DNA of 64,000 nucleotides. It comes from Prevotella sp. UBA2739 (GTDB lineage Bacteria > Bacteroidota > Bacteroidia > Bacteroidales > Bacteroidaceae). The position numbers and the translations under genes were made by a program. Shown here one piece after another: positions 10,045-21,096 of the stretch. The notes under the pieces were generated by a model. The model was not told the DNA's origin and ran no database searches. It saw nothing but the letters and a program-made list of their open reading frames with translations. Where the stretch lies: positions 2,871 through 66,870 of the forward strand of contig DEJV01000005.1 in NCBI GenBank assembly GCA_002353525.1. Reading direction: 5' to 3'. Numbering within the stretch: the first letter of the stretch is position 1; each line of letters starts with the position of its first letter.

Positions 10045-10339
10045 TTTGTTCTATTTTTAATTCATCAAAAAGAGAGAGATTCGACGAGTCACTCCCTCCA
10101 TTTTCCACTGTTTGCAAAAGTATACATTATTCTTTATCCAGCCAAATTATCAGGAAGGAAAATGAGAAATAGAACCGATACCTGAGCCACTCTGGCGATG
10201 TTCCCGATATTACAATTATTATTAAAAAACATCCAATTTGATTCCATTTTATTTTTTCTATATTTGCAAAAGTATCAATAAATGAATAACTTAATAACTA
10301 ATCATATGGATATTTTTTAAAGATTCTATTGTTATTATA

Positions 10340-10397
10340 ACGTGAGTTCGACGAATTCAGAATAATGCAAGTTGTGTGTCAGAAAATAGGAGGAACA
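10340..10397 (+). repeat. 58-bp direct repeat, copy 1
   Basis: acgtgagttcgacgaattcagaataatgcaagttgtgtgtcagaaaataggaggaaca; 53/58 identical to 11984-12041. Confidence 0.9.
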
Positions 10398-10424
10398 ACC
10401 GTTTTTTAATGCGGCACGACTTTC

Positions 10425-11240
10425 CTATGCCTTCTGCAAAGTTTTCTTTTTTATGTTCACCAACGAAGCAATCATAAACACGATGCAGAACAATGTAATG
10501 ATTATAACGCGAGTCTGAAACAAAATGTCAAGACTGGTGCTGTCGTCAGGCCTCAGCCAGTCAGCAAGACATGAAGCTGTATTGTTGACCATATGCATTA
10601 AGAAACATGCCACGACATTACGGCTCCGATAGTACACCCAACCATACAACAAACCATTGAGAAAGGCTATGACTATCAGACTGGGATAAAAGTGCAGCAC
10701 ACCAAAAAGCAACGATGACAACACTATTGCGAGAGCTGCGTTGGGCTTCCAACGGAGAAGATATTCCTCGACACCACCACGCATAACCAGTTCTTCGGCA
10801 AACGGCGCCAGCAAGCATATACCGACAATCGAAGCTACGCTTAGCGCACTATCAGAAGTGGCAGTGGCATAGTCGCCGAAATCAAGGATAGCAACGAAAA
10901 GGTTAATCGGAAGTATAGCCGAAAGTTCCAATATCAATATCCATAAAAACAACCCTTTGTCAAAAGATGCCATAGCCGTCCTACAGCAAGATTTGTTGAT
11001 ATTGGTATATCCCTTTTTAATGAATAGTAATATTATGAGCAGGTTTCCCAATATAAGAATGGCGTCGTCAAGGACACTGTTTTTTAAAATTAGCTCAAAA
11101 GAAACACTCCTTCCGAATAAATAATTTTCCGACAAAAAAGAAATCAGATACACGCCAAGAGGGGTAGCTATTAGAACTATTGAAACATAAAATAGGTAAA
11201 ATTTTATGACGTTCAGCAAATTGGAGTTTCGACTTTTCAT
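10425..11240 (-). CDS. CPBP family intramembrane glutamic endopeptidase (CAAX protease/Abi)
   Basis: APFAEELVMRG (EExxxR), LFGVLH (FxxxH), HMVNN (HxxxN); multiple TM helices; AT-rich. Confidence 0.88.
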   Translation of the reverse strand: MKSRNSNLLNVIKFYLFYVSIVLIATPLGVYLISFLSENYLFGRSVSFELILKNSVLDDAILILGNLLIILLFIKKGYTNINKSCCRTAMASFDKGLFLWILILELSAILPINLFVAILDFGDYATATSDSALSVASIVGICLLAPFAEELVMRGGVEEYLLRWKPNAALAIVLSSLLFGVLHFYPSLIVIAFLNGLLYGWVYYRSRNVVACFLMHMVNNTASCLADWLRPDDSTSLDILFQTRVIIITLFCIVFMIASLVNIKKKTLQKA

Positions 11241-11453
11241 TTTTTGATCTATTTTTCGGTTTAAATATAATCAAACACAATAATACATATTTTACATTAC
11301 ACCACCAACTAATATTGTATATGTTAAATAATATTATAAATAATTATACGTTTGACCAAGACTTTTGAAACATCTAAAAATAGGAAAGGACTAATCATCA
11401 TAAAAACACAATCTTGTCACAAGCCAGCAATATGTAATTATCACTCCGTGAAG

Positions 11454-11552
11454 TCATCCCAACCAGTCGGTGAAGATAAGTATGCAGTCGTGCACCGTCT
11501 CAAAGAATTTCTCTATTCGTTGTTTCACGCTCTTCCAATAAATTCCATTCAT
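11454..11552 (-). CDS. Putative 32-aa peptide MNGIYWKSVKQRIEKFFETVHDCILIFTDWLG
   Basis: Read by hand; ATG about 35 nt downstream of a minus-strand TACTTTTG motif near 11587-11594; could be a decayed gene fragment. Confidence 0.3.
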   Translation of the reverse strand: MNGIYWKSVKQRIEKFFETVHDCILIFTDWLG

Positions 11553-11870
11553 AAACCTCTAATTAGTAATAAAATTGAATTTATAGCAAAAGTACTGATT
11601 TTATCTCTATTTTTTGTCGAAATGTTTGATTTTTAACAAAAGACAAACATTTTTATAAAAGTGGTACTCTTTATAACTATTCAGACTAATATTTAATATT
11701 CAAACGCAGACTTCTAAAGTTTGCTAGATCCATAATACTCCAATAGGATCGAATATCAAAAAAACTGAGGTCACCGGGACGGTTTGATTTCATTAATTTT
11801 TTCGATTTGCGACTTTGTGACATTTTCCCATTTCTACGCTGGCAGGGGTGAAAAACATGCCTTTTTTGGC

Positions 11871-11984
11871 GCAACCACACCTTCTATCGGCGTAACCATG
11901 TTTTCTATTGGCGCAAACTTAGCTTCTACAAACGAAAACATAGCGTCTACAAACGAAAACATAGCTTCTACGGGCGTAAACATA
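11871..11984 (+). repeat. Five degenerate 21-bp tandem repeats
   Basis: gcaaccacaccttctatcggc / gtaaccatgttttctattggc / gcaaacttagcttctacaaac / gaaaacatagcgtctacaaac / gaaaacatagcttctacgggc, running into repeat copy 2. Confidence 0.8.
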
Positions 11985-12041
11985 CGTGAGTTCGACGAAT
12001 TCAGAATCATGCAAACTGTGTGTCAGAAAATCGGAGGGACA
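11984..12041 (+). repeat. 58-bp direct repeat, copy 2
   Basis: acgtgagttcgacgaattcagaatcatgcaaactgtgtgtcagaaaatcggagggaca. Confidence 0.9.
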
Positions 12042-12242
12042 GGTCCCTTCGATTTACATGACAGAAGGCCTCTCCTGCTCAGTCGGAATCTCTCTGCGAC
12101 TGCAGGAAGGCCCTCTACCGTTAGTTCCCTTTTTTTCTGGAAAAAATTGGAAGTATAATAATAAAAGTATAGTTCACAAGTTGGACAAACTGGAGCCCAA
12201 ATGGGTGTGAACTGAGTCCCCCTGTTACATGATTTTGGTTTT

Positions 12243-12824
12243 TTATCTTTTTTCTGTGTACTCAAACTTTATAATGCCGTTTACATTATATGGTCGAGGA
12301 AGAGGCCTTGCGCCAGACTCTATGCTTGAGGTCTCGGTGAATCTAAGGTTGTTGAATTGCAGGGCGAGGGTTAGATTTTTTCCTTCGCCCTTTTTGTCGA
12401 TAACCTGTATTTTCCCACTTGTAGCAACAAATGTGTTCCTATCATACCCTATGTTCATCGGGTAGAATAATTCTGCCATGAAATCGTCAGAATCCAAGAT
12501 GTCACCTTCCTTGATGTCTTCGAGGAAGAAATTGTTCCTGTTCTCTAATTTGTTGTTGTATTTGTAGTGGATGTATAAACTAGTAAGTCCAGGGGCGTCA
12601 TTAATAAGACAATAGAAGGATGGGGATTTATAGTTTGACGTTAACCCATCTGTCCAGCATACCGCTTCCGACACGGGATAAGTTGTATTCTTATCTATGT
12701 TACTCAAAATCAGTTCAATGTCTTCTTTCGAATTGTCCATGTTATCGTCGCTACTCGAGCAGCTGCTCATGCCGATAGCCATCATCAGCACACCGCCCAT
12801 CAGAAATAAGAAAATCTTTTTCAT
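12243..12824 (-). CDS. Hypothetical lipoprotein
   Basis: Signal peptide with MSSC followed by SSSDD acidic tract typical of Bacteroidota surface lipoproteins. Confidence 0.75.
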   Translation of the reverse strand: MKKIFLFLMGGVLMMAIGMSSCSSSDDNMDNSKEDIELILSNIDKNTTYPVSEAVCWTDGLTSNYKSPSFYCLINDAPGLTSLYIHYKYNNKLENRNNFFLEDIKEGDILDSDDFMAELFYPMNIGYDRNTFVATSGKIQVIDKKGEGKNLTLALQFNNLRFTETSSIESGARPLPRPYNVNGIIKFEYTEKR

Positions 12825-12905
12825 ATGCCTACATATTATCTTTTTAAATTATAACACGATTCTTTGAAAAATCTTGCATGCGAGTCCGTGTTTTTAACAT
12901 TTTTT

Positions 12906-13283
12906 TGTGTGTCAAAAATCACAGCAGAGATCATGGGTACAGGTTTGATTTCCATGGAAATTGCAATTAATGCCTGATTATGCTCGAATTGATGCCTAGT
13001 TACGTTCTAATTAATGCCTGATTAGACCTTAATTGATTAACTAGTTAGAGGGTAATCAGGCATCGATTACAAAAGTGCGTGTGAAGGCATCGTGACGGCA
13101 GAAAGACTAGTGTCACCAAGCATAAGCCATTATCCGTCAGGCGATAGCAAGGTTTAGTGACGAATGAGGGCAGCAGAGCTGCAGGTTTCAAGTTAACGTG
13201 AAAATTGCCATTAGAAATGACTCAAATACCAATTGGCTGGTATCTTATATTCATAAACGAAGGTCTGGATGTTTTGACACCCA
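12906..13283. repeat. MITE-like segment with imperfect terminal inverted repeats and internal 22-bp tandem repeats
   Basis: tgtgtgtcaaaaatc (12906) versus gatgttttgacaccca (13268-13283); four 22-bp units at 12965-13052 plus an inverted unit at 13053-13068. Confidence 0.55.
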
Positions 13284-13316
13284 GACCTTAATTGTATACC
13301 TAATAATAAGCAGAGA

Positions 13317-14960
13317 CTAGCATGTTGCCGGCCAGGGCTTGAGCGTCTTGAAAAAGTCGTTGCCCTTGTCGTCGACGAGGATGAAGGCGGGGAAGTCCTC
13401 AACCTCAATCTTCCAGATAGCCTCCATGCCAAGCTCGGGATACTCTACGCACTCGATGCTCTTGATGCTCGACTGGCTAAGCACTGCGGCCACACCGCCG
13501 ATGCTGCCCAGATAGAAACCGCCATGCTTCTGGCAGGCGTCGGTGACTACCTGTGAGCGGTTACCCTTGGCTATCATTACGAGAGAGCCTCCATGATCCT
13601 GGAACTCGTCAACATACGGGTCCATACGGTTGGCCGTGGTGGGTCCCATCGAACCGCAAGGATAGCCTTCGGGAGTCTTGGCTGGTCCGGCATAGAGCAC
13701 GGGATAATCCTTGAAGTACTGTGGCAGATCCTCACCAGCATCAAGACGTGCCTTCAGCTTAGCGTGGGCGATGTCGCGGGCCACGATGATGGTGCCCTTC
13801 AGGTTGACGCGAGTAGAGACGGGATACTTAGTCAGTTCGGCACGAACGGCATCGATGCCCTGGTTCAGGTCGATGACAATCTGGTTCTGTCCCTCACCAG
13901 CCTTGGCATACTCGGCAGGAATCAGTTCGCTGGGGTTGTTGTCCATCTTCTCGAGCCAAACACCATCGCGGTTGATCTTGGCCTTGATGTTACGGTCGGC
14001 TGAGCAGCTGACACCCATACCAATAGGACAGCTGGCACCGTGGCGAGGCAGACGGATGACACGGATGTCGTGGGCCATGTACTTACCACCAAACTGTGCA
14101 CCCAGACCAATCTTGTGAGCCTCGAGCAAGAGTTTCTTCTCCAGGTCGATGTCGCGGAAGGCACGTCCTGTCTCATCGCCGGTGGTAGGCAGGTTGTCGT
14201 AGTACTTGATAGAGGCAAGCTTCACGGTGAGCAGGTTCTTCTCTGCCGATGTGCCGCCAATAACAAATGCGATGTGATAAGGAGGACAAGCAGCTGTGCC
14301 GAGGCTCTTCATCTTCTCAACGAGGAACGGGATGAGCGTGCCCTCGTTCTGGATGGTGGCCTTGGTCATGGGATAGAAGTAGGTCTTGTTGGCCGAGCCG
14401 CCGCCCTTGGCTACCATCACGAAGCGGTATTCAGCGCCCTCGGTAGCCTCGATATCAATCTGTGCAGGCAGGTTGCAACGGGTGTTCACCTCTTCATACA
14501 TGGTGAGGGGCGCATTCTGCGAGTAGCGCAGGTTGTCTTGCGTAAAGGTGTTGTAGACACCCAGAGAGAGCGCTTCCTCATCCTCAAAACCTGTCCATAT
14601 CTGCTGTCCTTTCTCGCCGTGGATGATGGCTGTGCCAGTGTCCTGGCAGAAAGGCAGGATGCCCTTGCAGGCCACCTCGGCATTGCGCAGGAACTGCAGA
14701 GCCACATATTTGTCGTTCTCGCTGGCCTCAGGGTCTGTGAGTACCTGTGCCACCTGCTCATTGTGCGAGCGGCGCAGCATGAATTCCACATCGTGGAAAG
14801 CCTCCTGGGCCAACAGGGTGAGGGCCTCGGGCGATACTTTTACGATTTCTTTACCTTCAAATTCGCTGATTGTGACCCCTTCCTTGGTGAGCAGACGATA
14901 CTCGGTGTCGTCTTTGCCCAACTGGAACATGGGTGCATACTTAAAATCTGGTGTTGCCAT
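13317..14960 (-). CDS. fumA: Class I fumarate hydratase (Fe-S)
   Basis: [39 protein letters not shown]; start taken at MATPDF. Confidence 0.93.
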   Translation of the reverse strand: MATPDFKYAPMFQLGKDDTEYRLLTKEGVTISEFEGKEIVKVSPEALTLLAQEAFHDVEFMLRRSHNEQVAQVLTDPEASENDKYVALQFLRNAEVACKGILPFCQDTGTAIIHGEKGQQIWTGFEDEEALSLGVYNTFTQDNLRYSQNAPLTMYEEVNTRCNLPAQIDIEATEGAEYRFVMVAKGGGSANKTYFYPMTKATIQNEGTLIPFLVEKMKSLGTAACPPYHIAFVIGGTSAEKNLLTVKLASIKYYDNLPTTGDETGRAFRDIDLEKKLLLEAHKIGLGAQFGGKYMAHDIRVIRLPRHGASCPIGMGVSCSADRNIKAKINRDGVWLEKMDNNPSELIPAEYAKAGEGQNQIVIDLNQGIDAVRAELTKYPVSTRVNLKGTIIVARDIAHAKLKARLDAGEDLPQYFKDYPVLYAGPAKTPEGYPCGSMGPTTANRMDPYVDEFQDHGGSLVMIAKGNRSQVVTDACQKHGGFYLGSIGGVAAVLSQSSIKSIECVEYPELGMEAIWKIEVEDFPAFILVDDKGNDFFKTLKPWPATC

Positions 14961-14979
14961 AATGTTTTGATTTATAGAG

Positions 14980-17883
14980 TTAATATCCAAAGATGTCGGT
15001 GAGAGTGAGCCGTTTGATGGGGCCGATCTTCTCAAGCAATTTCATGTCGAGTTCTTTCTCGTCGCCAAGAATGATGTAGCGGTAGGCTTTGTTAGCCATC
15101 TGCTGCCGCTCGAAACTGACGATGTCGGACAGCTGCAGGGCGGGGAGTGCCTGATAGATTTTCTCGTTCAGATCGTAGTCGAGTCCCAGTTTCTTGGCAC
15201 GCAGGTAGGCATTGAATACCGACGACTTGGTGGTGCGCAGGCTGGCGAGCTGTTTGGTGAGGCTCTCCTTGGCAATGTTGAAAGCACCCTGGCTCTGAGG
15301 CATCTGGTTGAGAATCTCGTGGAAGACGCTGATGCAGTCTTTCATCTTGTCGTTCTGGGCGATGATATGGGTAATATAGCTCTCCTTATGTCCTTTCTCA
15401 TCGGGTCGTGAATAGTATGCCGACGCATTGTAGGCCAGTCCGCGTGCCTCGCGCAGCTCCTGGAAGACGATGGTGTTCATTCCACCGCCAAAGTACTCGT
15501 TGAAGAGTGCCTGCACGGCAGCCTCGTCGGGATTCCACGAGCGTCCCTCATTGTGGTACATGCGCATGTAGATGTTCTTGGCCTCGTAGGGGGCAATCCA
15601 CACCTCGTTGGTGTTTGCCTCTTGCTTGATGTAAGGCTTGTTTTGAGGAACAGCCTGCAGGCGCTTGGGTGTCTTGTGCAACTTGGTGAGCATATTCGAG
15701 AGTGTCTTCACGTCGTCGGGACCATAGTAGACCACGGTGTGCTCATACTGGTTGAGGTTCTTCAGCAGGCTGAGCAGCTGTTGCGGGTCGGTATGTCTCA
15801 TCTCGTCGATGCTCATCTGGTTGCGGGTGCTGTTGTAAGGCCCATAGACAGCATAGCTGTAGAGGGCATCGAAGCAACCGCGCTGGCTTTTCTTAGCATC
15901 CTGACGGGCTTTCTGCGTGAGGGAGATATACTGTTCGAAGGTGTTGTTGTCGGCCTTGGCGTTCTGCAGGAGGTTCTCGAGCAGTGCTACGGCCTCGGGC
16001 ATTTTCTCGTTAAGTCCGGTGAGCAGAATGGTGATGTTGTCGTCGCCCACGCCGATGCGGTAGAGGCATGCCAGCTCGTAGAATTTCTGCTTGAGCTCGA
16101 CCACGCTCATCTTGTCGGTACCCACATAGTCGGAGTAGTCGGCGGCAATTTCGTAACGGTTGTCGGCCTGTGTGCCAAACTCATAGCGGAACATCAGGGT
16201 GAAGAGGCCGTTATCGGTGTTCTTCTTATAAAGCAGTGGCAGTCCTTTCTTTGTCTTGGTGACGGTCATATCGCGATTGAAGTCGACAAACTGCGGCTGG
16301 ATGGGCTCCACCTTGCTATTCTGAATGTCTTTCACAAACTGGCTGACATAGTCGCGGTTAGAGGGGATGGCCGTGATGGCAGGTTTGTCAATCTTCTTCT
16401 GCGTGGTGTCGTCGCCCTGACGCTTGTAGACACAGGCGTAGTTGTTACCGAAATGACGGTTGGCAAAGTCGACAATCTGCTGTTTGGTCATCTTCGAGAT
16501 GCGGTCGAGACGGCCTACGACATCCTCCCATTTCTGTCCGTTGATGAAGGCGTCGACAAACTTATCGGCACGGTTGGAGTTGATATCGAGTGCCTGCATC
16601 TCACGCAGCTTGAGGTTGTTGATGATGCTGGGCAACAGGTTGTCGGCAAACTCGCCGCGCTTGAGTTTCTCTATCTCGGCGAGCAGCAGCTGGCGCACCT
16701 CATCGAGGGTCTGTCCTTCCTTGGGCACACCCAGCATGATGAACTGGCTGTAGTCGGTCAGGTGCTGGGCACCACAGTCGGCACCAAGCATCAGCATCTT
16801 CTGGTTGATATCGAGGTCGACGAGTCCGGCCTTACCATTGGAGAGCAGGTCGCCGATAACGTCGAGCGTGTCGCTCTGCAGGTCGGCAGCTCCCTTGAAG
16901 CGCCATCCCAGCATCACGCGCTCTGCCTCGGGGCCTACGATGGTGGTGTCTACGGGTGCCGTGAGCTGTGGCTGCGGCCCGTATTCAGGCCGGCTGAGCT
17001 GTGGATTGGGTTTCCACGAGCCGAAGTAACGGTCGATGGTGGCGATGACCTTGTCGCAATCCATGTCGCCCGCCATACAGATGGCCACATTGTTGGGGCA
17101 ATAGTAGCGGTTGTAGTAGTTCATGATGTTGACAATCGATGGGTTCTTCAGGTGCTCCTGTGTGCCGATGGTGGTCTGTGTGCCATAGGGATGATTGGGG
17201 AAGAGCTTGGCGTTGAGGGCAGCCCACAGTTTGCGGCTGTCGCTGGTCAGTCCGATGTTGTATTCCTCGTAGACAGCCTCGAGCTCGGTGTGGAATCCGC
17301 GCACCACCATATGCTGGAAGCGGTCGGCCTGAATCTTGGCCCAGTTGTCCACCTCGTTGGCTGGAATATCCTCGACATAGCAGGTGACATCGTTGGAGGT
17401 GTAGGCATTCGAGCCCTCGGAACCGATGGTTGCCATGAGCTTGTCGTACTCGTTGGGGATGTTGTAGCGGGCAGCCAGCTGGCTCACGCTGTCGATGGCA
17501 TGGTAGGCCTGACGGCGTGCCTCGGGGTCGGTGAGCTTACGATAGTCCTCATAACGGCGAGTAATGTCGTCGAGGAACGGTTTCTCGGCCACGGGGTTGG
17601 TGGTACCAAACTGCTTAGTGCCCTTAAACATCAGGTGCTCCAGATAGTGGGCCAGTCCGGTGGTCTCTGCGGGGTCGTTGCGCGAACCGGTGCGCACGGC
17701 GATGTAAGTCTGGATGCGTGGTTTCTCATTGTTTACCGACAAGTAGACCTTCAGTCCGTTGTCGATCGTATAGATGCGTGTCTTCATCATATCGCCGGGC
17801 ACGGTGGTGTACTTGTAGTCTTTGGCCGAGAGGCTCGTGGCGAGCATCATGAGGCCAGCGAAAATAACAGATTGAAGTTTCAT
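14980..17883 (-). CDS. M16 family (insulinase) zinc peptidase, exported
   Basis: Inverted zinc motif [19 protein letters not shown]; signal peptide. Confidence 0.9.
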   Translation of the reverse strand: MKLQSVIFAGLMMLATSLSAKDYKYTTVPGDMMKTRIYTIDNGLKVYLSVNNEKPRIQTYIAVRTGSRNDPAETTGLAHYLEHLMFKGTKQFGTTNPVAEKPFLDDITRRYEDYRKLTDPEARRQAYHAIDSVSQLAARYNIPNEYDKLMATIGSEGSNAYTSNDVTCYVEDIPANEVDNWAKIQADRFQHMVVRGFHTELEAVYEEYNIGLTSDSRKLWAALNAKLFPNHPYGTQTTIGTQEHLKNPSIVNIMNYYNRYYCPNNVAICMAGDMDCDKVIATIDRYFGSWKPNPQLSRPEYGPQPQLTAPVDTTIVGPEAERVMLGWRFKGAADLQSDTLDVIGDLLSNGKAGLVDLDINQKMLMLGADCGAQHLTDYSQFIMLGVPKEGQTLDEVRQLLLAEIEKLKRGEFADNLLPSIINNLKLREMQALDINSNRADKFVDAFINGQKWEDVVGRLDRISKMTKQQIVDFANRHFGNNYACVYKRQGDDTTQKKIDKPAITAIPSNRDYVSQFVKDIQNSKVEPIQPQFVDFNRDMTVTKTKKGLPLLYKKNTDNGLFTLMFRYEFGTQADNRYEIAADYSDYVGTDKMSVVELKQKFYELACLYRIGVGDDNITILLTGLNEKMPEAVALLENLLQNAKADNNTFEQYISLTQKARQDAKKSQRGCFDALYSYAVYGPYNSTRNQMSIDEMRHTDPQQLLSLLKNLNQYEHTVVYYGPDDVKTLSNMLTKLHKTPKRLQAVPQNKPYIKQEANTNEVWIAPYEAKNIYMRMYHNEGRSWNPDEAAVQALFNEYFGGGMNTIVFQELREARGLAYNASAYYSRPDEKGHKESYITHIIAQNDKMKDCISVFHEILNQMPQSQGAFNIAKESLTKQLASLRTTKSSVFNAYLRAKKLGLDYDLNEKIYQALPALQLSDIVSFERQQMANKAYRYIILGDEKELDMKLLEKIGPIKRLTLTDIFGY

Positions 17884-17933
17884 ATTGTCTGGTTTTAAAA
17901 CGTCAAATTAAAAAAAGATGATCTATGTCCATG

Positions 17934-19787
17934 TCAGTTCTCGTAGTCAACCTCATGGTCGAGCTTGTCGATAAAGTCGTTGAAGACATCGTCTTCCACA
18001 TCGCCCATGGCAAACTCTTTCTCGGCATCCTTGCGAATCTCGCCCACCCAGATGCGGCGGGCCTTGACATACTCGTCACGGATATGCTCGGCATCGGCCT
18101 CAGTAATCTCGGTGAGCCCATAGTAGTCGAGAATCATCTGGTAAGTCCAGGCCCATTGGTACTCGCGATAGTGGCTGTTGATTTCCTCGAAACGGTCGAT
18201 GACAGCCTGAATCGTCTCCAACGTGCCATTCTTGATATCGTGGATGAGACGGGTCTCCTCGCTCTCGGGCAGCAGCAGACCGGAAAGGTCGATCCAGTTG
18301 CCAAGTCCTGTCTTGGTGGTAGGTACTCCGAAGTAACCATGCTTCTTGGCACGCTTCAAGACAGCACCCATGTAGAGGCGCAGGGCAATGTCGTAATATT
18401 TGATGCCCTTACGGAGCGACGATGCGTTGATGACGTAGTCGTGGTAGTTGTATTGCGACTGCAAGTCACCCGATGCCTCGCGCAGACGCTCGAGAATCCG
18501 CTTGCCGCGCAGGATACCTCCCACGGTGAATGGCGAGAGCCAGTCGAAGTTGACGATGCTCTTCTGGCTGCCGGCCGAACGACGGTCGCGCTTGGGCCAC
18601 TTCTTAATATCGCGATAGAGACCCACGGTGGTGATGTTGCGACCAGGCACCAGATACATGTCGTCGTTGTAGGAAATAAGATAAGAGAACGGCAGGTCGC
18701 GCGTGTCGGGATGATGCATCAGTTTGCCCATACACACCGAGAAGGCACCTATCTTGGCAGGCATCAGCACGTAGGAGCCGCTGGCCGTCTTCGTTCCGCG
18801 CTCAAGGGTTCCGTAGTGAATAGGACCCATCTTGTAGGCATGGTTGGAGAAGTTGGTGGCCGAACCGGCATTATAGAACGAGAACTGGGCACCGATGAGC
18901 AGTGAGCTCTTGTGGTGGCTGGCCGAGAACGGACCGCAGAAGGCTGCACATGCCTCACCGTTTGACATGTAACTGTTGGCGAAGAACACGCTCTGCGAGG
19001 CCGTGAAACCGTTGGCAATGTGGCATGCCTCGCCCACAAAGCAGTCTTGCATCTTCACACTGTTGATGATGCTCGAGCCGTTGCAGATAATCGAGTTCTC
19101 GCAGATAACACCCGTGCCGATGTAGACCGAATCGTTGGGGCCATTGAGTATCGAGCAGTCGCTGATACGTGAGGCCCCATTGATCTCGCAATTGTCGTGA
19201 ATCACAGTGTTTGTTATCTCTTTGGTGCCGACAATCTTCACGTTGTTGCCGATGATGCCCCGTTCGGGCATGTTGCGGCGGATGTCCTCGTTGATGAGCC
19301 GGCGTATCTCGTCCTTGATATATTTATCGGTAAAATGCTTCACCATGAATGCCGCAAACTGACTGTTGAGGTTGCCAAAGATGATGGCATTACCGTCGCC
19401 AGCCTCGTTGAGCACCGAGATGAGATTGCCCTCTCCATAGGTGGCACCCTCGGTGGTCTCGATGATGCTGACATTCGAGATCAGGCAGTCGTCGCCTATG
19501 GTGTAGTCGTTGATGTATCCGCCCACATTCTCTATCAGGCAGTTGTCACCAATGGTGACGTTGCGCAGGGTGGCATTACGGATGCCACAAGGCTTGACGA
19601 ACCCCTTGCTGATTTCCATTCTCTTCTCGAAGGCTCCCAGGCGAATGTTGCCATAGAACGCCACGTTGCGCAGGGCTGCAGGCGTGAACCCCTCGCCCAC
19701 CTCAACGGCTGTCCAGTCCTCGGCACTACAGCCATGGTCTTCCAGCGTGAGGATTTCCTCTTGAGTTAAAAGTCTATACTCTTCCAT
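17934..19787 (-). CDS. DUF4954 family protein (left-handed beta-helix like)
   Basis: Hexapeptide-like I-G-D-N-C repeats; SHHKSSLLIG and ATNFSNHAYK motifs. Confidence 0.75.
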   Translation of the reverse strand: MEEYRLLTQEEILTLEDHGCSAEDWTAVEVGEGFTPAALRNVAFYGNIRLGAFEKRMEISKGFVKPCGIRNATLRNVTIGDNCLIENVGGYINDYTIGDDCLISNVSIIETTEGATYGEGNLISVLNEAGDGNAIIFGNLNSQFAAFMVKHFTDKYIKDEIRRLINEDIRRNMPERGIIGNNVKIVGTKEITNTVIHDNCEINGASRISDCSILNGPNDSVYIGTGVICENSIICNGSSIINSVKMQDCFVGEACHIANGFTASQSVFFANSYMSNGEACAAFCGPFSASHHKSSLLIGAQFSFYNAGSATNFSNHAYKMGPIHYGTLERGTKTASGSYVLMPAKIGAFSVCMGKLMHHPDTRDLPFSYLISYNDDMYLVPGRNITTVGLYRDIKKWPKRDRRSAGSQKSIVNFDWLSPFTVGGILRGKRILERLREASGDLQSQYNYHDYVINASSLRKGIKYYDIALRLYMGAVLKRAKKHGYFGVPTTKTGLGNWIDLSGLLLPESEETRLIHDIKNGTLETIQAVIDRFEEINSHYREYQWAWTYQMILDYYGLTEITEADAEHIRDEYVKARRIWVGEIRKDAEKEFAMGDVEDDVFNDFIDKLDHEVDYEN

Positions 19788-19804
19788 AGTTTTGGTGCTT
19801 ATCG

Positions 19805-21067
19805 TTATACATCTGTCTCCTCGTAGTCATTGTTATACAAGAAGTCGTTGTAGGGATATTTCTGTACGTGCAGTTCGCGAACCTTATTATAAATACTCTC
19901 GCGAAACTCGTCGATATTGATGCGCTCGCGGGCCGAGATGAACAGACAGTTCTCGTTGAGCCGTGCCATCCAGGTGCGCTTCAGCTCATCGAGCGAAATG
20001 TTCTCCTTGGTCATGGGTGTGAGGTCGTCGGCCTCTTTCTCCACCCACCGGTAGGCATCAATTTTATTGAACACGATCATCGACGGTTTGTCGGCACACC
20101 CCAAGTCCTGGAGTGTCTTCTCCACCACGCGAATCTGCTCCTCAAAGTCGGGATGGGAGATGTCTACCACATGCAACAGCAGGTCGGCCTCGCGCGTCTC
20201 GTCGAGGGTGCTCTTAAACGAATCAACCAAGTCGGTAGGCAGTTTGCGGATAAAGCCCACGGTGTCGGCCAAGAGGAACGGCAGATTGTCGACCACCACC
20301 TTGCGTACCGTCGTGTCGAGGGTAGCAAACAGTTTGTTTTCTGCAAACACATCGCTTTTGGCCAATAGGTTCATGATGGTAGACTTACCCACATTGGTAT
20401 AACCCACAAGGGCCACGCGGATGAGTCGTCCGCGATTCTTGCGCTGGGTGGTTTTCTGCTTGTCAATCTCAGCCAGGCGCTCCTTCAACAGGCTCATGCG
20501 GTTGAGAATGATACGACGGTCCATCTCCAACTGCGTCTCACCAGGACCACGCAAGCCCACGCTGCCCTTGCCACCGCCCGAGCCAGAACCACCACCCTGG
20601 CGCTCCAGGTGGGTCCACAAGCGTTGCAGACGTGGCAGCATGTAACGATACTGCGCCAGTTCGACCTGCGTCTTGGCGTTGGCTGTTTGTGCACGCATGG
20701 CAAAGATATCGAGAATGAGACTGGTACGGTCGAGAATTTTCACTCTCAGCTCGGCCTCGATGTTGCGTATCTGCTTGGCCGACAACTCATCGTCGAAAAT
20801 CACCATTCCCACTTCGCGCTCAGCATCTTCTTCTGCCTTAATGTATTGCTTGATTTCCTCCAGTTTGCCTTTGCCCACATAGGTGGTCTGGTTGGGGCCA
20901 TTCACCTTCTGCGTGAACCGCTTGACGGTGACGGCTCCAGCCGTATCGGCCAGAAACTCAAGCTCATCGAGATATTCTTTGGTCTTGGCCTCGTCCTGCT
21001 GTTGGGTGATGAGTCCCACCAACACTGCGGTCTCGGCCTTCACCTCGGATATAACAAATTCTTTCAT
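19805..21067 (-). CDS. hflX: Ribosome rescue GTPase HflX
   Basis: GPGETQLE, GYTNVGKS, FATLD, DTVGF, NKID; start taken at MKEFVI. Confidence 0.95.
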   Translation of the reverse strand: MKEFVISEVKAETAVLVGLITQQQDEAKTKEYLDELEFLADTAGAVTVKRFTQKVNGPNQTTYVGKGKLEEIKQYIKAEEDAEREVGMVIFDDELSAKQIRNIEAELRVKILDRTSLILDIFAMRAQTANAKTQVELAQYRYMLPRLQRLWTHLERQGGGSGSGGGKGSVGLRGPGETQLEMDRRIILNRMSLLKERLAEIDKQKTTQRKNRGRLIRVALVGYTNVGKSTIMNLLAKSDVFAENKLFATLDTTVRKVVVDNLPFLLADTVGFIRKLPTDLVDSFKSTLDETREADLLLHVVDISHPDFEEQIRVVEKTLQDLGCADKPSMIVFNKIDAYRWVEKEADDLTPMTKENISLDELKRTWMARLNENCLFISARERINIDEFRESIYNKVRELHVQKYPYNDFLYNNDYEETDV

Positions 21068-21096
21068 TCTTAAATTGTCAATACTAGTATTTCTTG

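Noticed and set aside
10340-12041. Canonical integron attC sites
   Set aside because: No RYYYAAC...GTTRRRY palindromic layout and no intI in the window; kept only as a non-canonical cassette hypothesis.
11784-12158. 124-aa ORF with NENIAST repeats
   Set aside because: It is the translation of the 21-bp array and repeat copy 2; weak start codon.
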